Shown here: positions 25,549-28,704 of the stretch, in pieces | Layout of the letters: every line of letters begins with the position of its first letter | Numbering within the stretch: the stretch's first letter is position 1 | Virus record (IMG/VR): IMGVR_UViG_3300020045_004684 | Span: 1-28,704 of that record | Strand: one strand, 5' to 3' | Length of the DNA: 28,704 nucleotides | Source of the DNA: a virus | Lineage: Duplodnaviria > Caudoviricetes | Position numbers and translations under genes: made by a program | Notes under the pieces: generated by a model | Databases searched by the model: none | Told to the model about the DNA's origin: nothing | What the model saw: only the letters and a program-made list of their open reading frames with translations

Positions 25549-26159
25549 GCCACCACCCCATCAACAACTGGCGTGATAAAACCGCGAATTTCAGCAATGC
25601 GCTCAAGGAAATCGAGGATCGCGAACGTCTCTTCTCCAAGGGCCGTCCCGCCGCGTGTTTTTTGCCAATGCTCACGCGCTTCGGGGAAGGTGAAATATCG
25701 GCAGCCTGCAATAATGCGAGGACCGTCTGGCGTCGGGGCAATTGAAAATGCATAACCGTCTGATCGTGGGGTAAAAGCATTGACGCCGTAGACCCGCGCA
25801 TTGCCGTAGACCCGCGCATTGCCGTAGACCCGCGCATCGCCGTAGACCCACGCATCGCCGTAGACCTGCGCATTGCCGTAGACCTGCGCATCGCCGGAGA
25901 CCTGCGCATTGCCGTAGACCTGCGCATCGCCGGAGACCTGCGCATTGCCGTAGACATGCGCATCGCCGTAGACCCACGCATTGCCGTAGACCCACGCATC
26001 GCCGGAGACCTGCGAAAAATTCTCCTCTTTCTCAATCCATCCGCCAATATCACCAACCTCAACGCCAATTGCTGCGATTGCAACCAATGCCCGAATGCGC
26101 TTGAGCGTGACGCCAAAGACAACCTTGGTTTCGCCGGTAAATTCGTATTTCTGTGTCAT
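25545..26159 (-). CDS. Hexapeptide-repeat (beta-helix) phage protein
   Basis: 'LKRIRAL...GDIGGWIEKEEN' followed by (x-V-Y/S-G-N/D-A) repeats. Confidence 0.85.
   Translation of the reverse strand: MTQKYEFTGETKVVFGVTLKRIRALVAIAAIGVEVGDIGGWIEKEENFSQVSGDAWVYGNAWVYGDAHVYGNAQVSGDAQVYGNAQVSGDAQVYGNAQVYGDAWVYGDARVYGNARVYGNARVYGVNAFTPRSDGYAFSIAPTPDGPRIIAGCRYFTFPEAREHWQKTRGGTALGEETFAILDFLERIAEIRGFITPVVDGVVA
25786..26013 (-). repeat. 18-bp tandem coding repeat, about 12-13 units
   Basis: Plus-strand unit approximately TAGACC(C/T)GCGCAT(T/C)GCCG; encodes the hexapeptide. Confidence 0.95.
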
Positions 26160-26344
26160 GCGATAATCTCCCGAATGTGGGCCAGTTCAAGGCCGGGGAT
26201 GGATGCAAGCAGTCTGGATTGCAGGCGCTCGCGTTCGGTCTGCCGGTCGCTCTCGTTTGATGCGCGGCGCAGATCGTAGAGGGGGTGGCCCGGTGCTGTC
26301 TGCGCAAGGGCATTGGCGAAGTGGCGCGTTCTCATGAAAAGCAT
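26156..26344 (-). CDS. Hypothetical protein
   Basis: Coupled ORF; the start may be 26335. Confidence 0.5.
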   Translation of the reverse strand: MLFMRTRHFANALAQTAPGHPLYDLRRASNESDRQTERERLQSRLLASIPGLELAHIREIIA

Positions 26345-26805
26345 CCCTTCGCTAGATTGTCACCGCCACCCCAGCACAAACGCTTAATGTCATCAGCGTC
26401 GTCATATGCAGCGCAGTTTGGGCATAAAGGCCGATTAGGCTCATCAAGCGCCCGCATATCATCTGGCCTTACGCTGATGAATTCAGGACTCTTGAAAATG
26501 TCCGCTGGCTTGAGGTCGTAATATTCCCCATCTTGATCTACGCGGATTGAAAAGCGCTTGTTTCCGGTCTTTTCCCGCATCACTGTTCCGTTGAACGTTG
26601 CGGTGTATCCATCGCCGCGACCATCTTCATCAAAATATCGCCAATCAAACTCCACACGCTGCCCGACATGGAAACGCGGGACACGGGTTGTGCACTTGAA
26701 TTTAACCGATGTGACACCAAGACCTGCAATACCCTTGCGGACTCCTTCGCGGCGCGGGCATGTGCTTTTATCGGCTGCACAGTTGAAGCATGGAGCATAT
26801 GTCAT
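26332..26805 (-). CDS. Hypothetical Cys-rich protein
   Basis: CxxC motifs at both ends around an SH3-like beta core; ATGA overlap. Confidence 0.7.
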   Translation of the reverse strand: MTYAPCFNCAADKSTCPRREGVRKGIAGLGVTSVKFKCTTRVPRFHVGQRVEFDWRYFDEDGRGDGYTATFNGTVMREKTGNKRFSIRVDQDGEYYDLKPADIFKSPEFISVRPDDMRALDEPNRPLCPNCAAYDDADDIKRLCWGGGDNLAKGCFS

Positions 26806-27107
26806 GCCACGCATCCCCAAACAGGAAGCACGGCAGTTACCGGCACAGTCAGGCTGTCAAGATGATCGTCATCGCCGTATTCGCCCGATGCGTTCGCGAT
26901 GATATAGCCGTTGCGGATGGCATGGAGACGGTCGCAAATAGCGTCATACATGCCCAACCGTGTTGCGTCGTTCGTGGCGTTATATGCCGCCATGAGCGCG
27001 AAGACTTCCGCGTCGTTCACCCATGCGTCAGTTTCACAGATTGCCGCGTCAAAGCCTGCGTCCGTCTTGCGGAATGCGGTTGCGGCGTAGTCTGTCTGCG
27101 TGTCCAT
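26802..27107 (-). CDS. First gene of the leftward early operon (hypothetical)
   Basis: GAGGA RBS; lies downstream of the PL-like promoter. Confidence 0.7.
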   Translation of the reverse strand: MDTQTDYAATAFRKTDAGFDAAICETDAWVNDAEVFALMAAYNATNDATRLGMYDAICDRLHAIRNGYIIANASGEYGDDDHLDSLTVPVTAVLPVWGCVA

Positions 27108-27136
27108 TGTCCGTCCTCACGTTGTCTGTGAGAACG

Positions 27137-27227
27137 GTATTACGCGCCGTAATTCAGGAATGCAAGGGGAAAATTACGCCGCGTAATTATTTTGTGGCTT
27201 GCCTTTTCAAATTACGGCGCGTAATTA
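27137..27227. promoter_or_regulatory. Divergent promoters with three palindromic operators
   Basis: ATTACG-N3-CGTAAT at 27139-27153, 27173-27187 and 27211-27225. Leftward TTGCAT-N17-TAATAC; rightward TTGCCT-N17-TAATTA. Confidence 0.85.
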
Positions 27228-27233
27228 AACGCT

Positions 27234-27470
27234 ATGGAAACGAAACCAACTCAAAAAACGCTCGTCGATGTGGTCGGGATCAGCCAAACCATGGCGAGTT
27301 TCATTCTACGTGGAGAGCGTAGTCCAAGCCGCTCTTTGGCTATCCACATTTTGAGAAAGACCGGATGGCGGCATGACGTGCTGACTGGCCTGTCCGACGC
27401 GGATATTTCCACGCTTGAGCGCATTGAGCCTTGGACGCCTTCCCGCGCCCCCGAAAGCGCAGCAGCATGA
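27234..27470 (+). CDS. Cro-like HTH repressor (probably leaderless)
   Basis: 'QKTLVDVVGISQTMASFILRGERSPSRSLAIHI'. ATG lies 6 nt after the -10 box with no SD. Confidence 0.8.
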   Translation: METKPTQKTLVDVVGISQTMASFILRGERSPSRSLAIHILRKTGWRHDVLTGLSDADISTLERIEPWTPSRAPESAAA

Positions 27471-27759
27471 ATACCGAGATCACGGGCAGGGGGCGTCACA
27501 ATGCTTCCCACTTGCAGGTGCCCGTGCGGGGAGAGGGGCAAACGGCAACGCAGCATCCGCGTTCGGTAGCTACGCCCTCTCCCCAACCTTTCCCCGCTGG
27601 GTCGCACCAAGGGGCGGGCGCGTTGGGTAACACTGACGCGCCCCAGTCCATCAAGGCGATCTACAGGTCGCGCCAAGTGTTGCGTGGACCGCACCTGGTC
27701 ACCGTTTTGAACGGTCGCGATCCGGCCCTTCTTATTCGCCCACTTCAATTCATACCAGT

Positions 27760-28431
27760 TCATGCCGCCGCTCCTTGAATGAACATGTCGCCTTGGCGTT
27801 GCGCGTCTTCGATGCGCTTGCAGGCAATGTCGAAGTAACGCTCTTCGCGCTCAATGCCGATGAACTTGCGGCCCATCTGGACGGCTGCGACTCCGGTGGT
27901 GCCACTGCCCATGAAGGGGTCTAGAATGGATTCGGCGTCTGGCAGAAAACCAAGGCACCACTTCATCACAGCTATTGGCTTTTGCGTCGGGTGGACTCGG
28001 CCATCTTGCAGAGCCTGCGGACGTGTATAGGTGAAGATGCGCGCAGCCTTACGCTGGCTGCTCCACGCAAATTCACAATCTGCGAGGCTAAAATCGCGCT
28101 GCCCCTTATCCCAAACCAACCACTGCATCGTAGGTGGAAGGATGTCTGCGAAATAGTTACCGCCCCAAATTATCTGGTGTTGAGTAGCAGCCAGCATTGC
28201 GTTGAACAAATCAGCGGCGGGGCGGTTTTCATCCCAATCAAAATCTTCGTAGTGCTTCCAGCGGTTCCGGTCGAGGCCACCATTGCCATCACCCTTACCT
28301 TTCATCTGCTTGCCGTAGTCAATACCATACGGAGGATCGGTCACGACTGCGTCAACCTTGCCCAGCGTTGGCAGAATGTCAGCGCAGTCCCCCAAGTAGA
28401 GCGTGGCGTTGCCGATTGTGCGAACAGTCAT
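27760..28431 (-). CDS. DNA amino-methyltransferase (N6-A/N4-C, beta class)
   Basis: 'VVTDPPYG', 'HPTQKP', 'ILDPFMGSGTTG', 'FIGIERE'. ATG at 28431 with GGAGG RBS. Confidence 0.95.
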   Translation of the reverse strand: MTVRTIGNATLYLGDCADILPTLGKVDAVVTDPPYGIDYGKQMKGKGDGNGGLDRNRWKHYEDFDWDENRPAADLFNAMLAATQHQIIWGGNYFADILPPTMQWLVWDKGQRDFSLADCEFAWSSQRKAARIFTYTRPQALQDGRVHPTQKPIAVMKWCLGFLPDAESILDPFMGSGTTGVAAVQMGRKFIGIEREERYFDIACKRIEDAQRQGDMFIQGAAA

Positions 28432-28610
28432 GCCATCCTCCAATCGATTATGTCGAACGGGTTTTCAGCGTGGTTCCAGCGCACCGCGTGTTGATCCGAT
28501 ACGCGAACCTGCATGGGGATAGTCTCGACGCCATTGCGCAGACGTGCGACAATCTTGTCGGTATCTATGAGCTTATGGGGGCGCTCTCCGGTGTTGACGT
28601 GCCAGTTCAT
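28428..28610 (-). CDS. Hypothetical protein
   Basis: MNWHVNTGERP...FDIIDWRMA; coupled to both neighbours. Confidence 0.65.
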   Translation of the reverse strand: MNWHVNTGERPHKLIDTDKIVARLRNGVETIPMQVRVSDQHAVRWNHAENPFDIIDWRMA

Positions 28611-28702
28611 GCTGCGCACCTCGCGATTTTCCCGATTGTGGTGATCCCACGCCCAAATTCACGCGCCACCCGTGCTAAGTTCGCAGGGCTTTTGTCGCGT
28701 CC
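28607..28702 (-). CDS. Partial CDS (C-terminus, HTH-like)
   Basis: Open frame from the window edge: GRDKSPANLARVAREFGRGITTIGKIARCAA*. Confidence 0.4.
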   Translation of the reverse strand, partial: GRDKSPANLARVAREFGRGITTIGKIARCAA

Positions 28703-28704
28703 AA

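Noticed and set aside
25786-26013. CRISPR array
   Set aside because: The repeats are contiguous 18-mers without spacers and encode an in-frame hexapeptide.
25529-26122. Alternative-frame ORFs (MRRSTA and LRRCAG repeats)
   Set aside because: These are shadow frames kept open by the tandem repeat; the VYGNA frame has the recognisable flanking domain.
16610-26279. Numerous plus-strand ORFs antisense to the early operon
   Set aside because: They overlap tightly coupled minus-strand genes and lack RBS or recognisable motifs.
27431-27778. cII-like gene after cro
   Set aside because: An ATGA-coupled start exists at 27467, but the product is low-complexity with no HTH, so it was not called.

Overview
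The window is part of a tailed (siphovirus-type) phage genome with a probable alphaproteobacterial host: it carries a GapR/DUF2312 homologue and a GTA-like tail module. Bases 1-16 kb (+) hold the late tail operon: adaptor, tail terminator, tube, chaperone with a -1 frameshift, tape measure, tip, fibre and an esterase-like spike. The lysis region that follows has two anti-defence genes that look inserted, a Mu Mom-family DNA adenine hypermodification enzyme and a Tad1-like Thoeris sponge. Bases 16.1-27.1 kb (-) hold the early and accessory genes (ERF, SSB, NinB, GapR, Lar-like, many small ORFs). After these come a divergent promoter/operator switch, a cro-like gene and a DNA methyltransferase. 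The most striking observation is a 69-nt tRNA-Gly-like element with an encoded CCA end, embedded in the 3' end of the mom gene (14384-14452); it may be a dedicated glycyl-donor RNA for Mom. Also notable are a multibranch structured RNA candidate at about 16.0-16.15 kb and a cationic disruptin-like peptide. There are signs of lost lysogeny: an integrase remnant and no cI between the divergent promoters. All family assignments come from motif recognition by eye, not from database searches.
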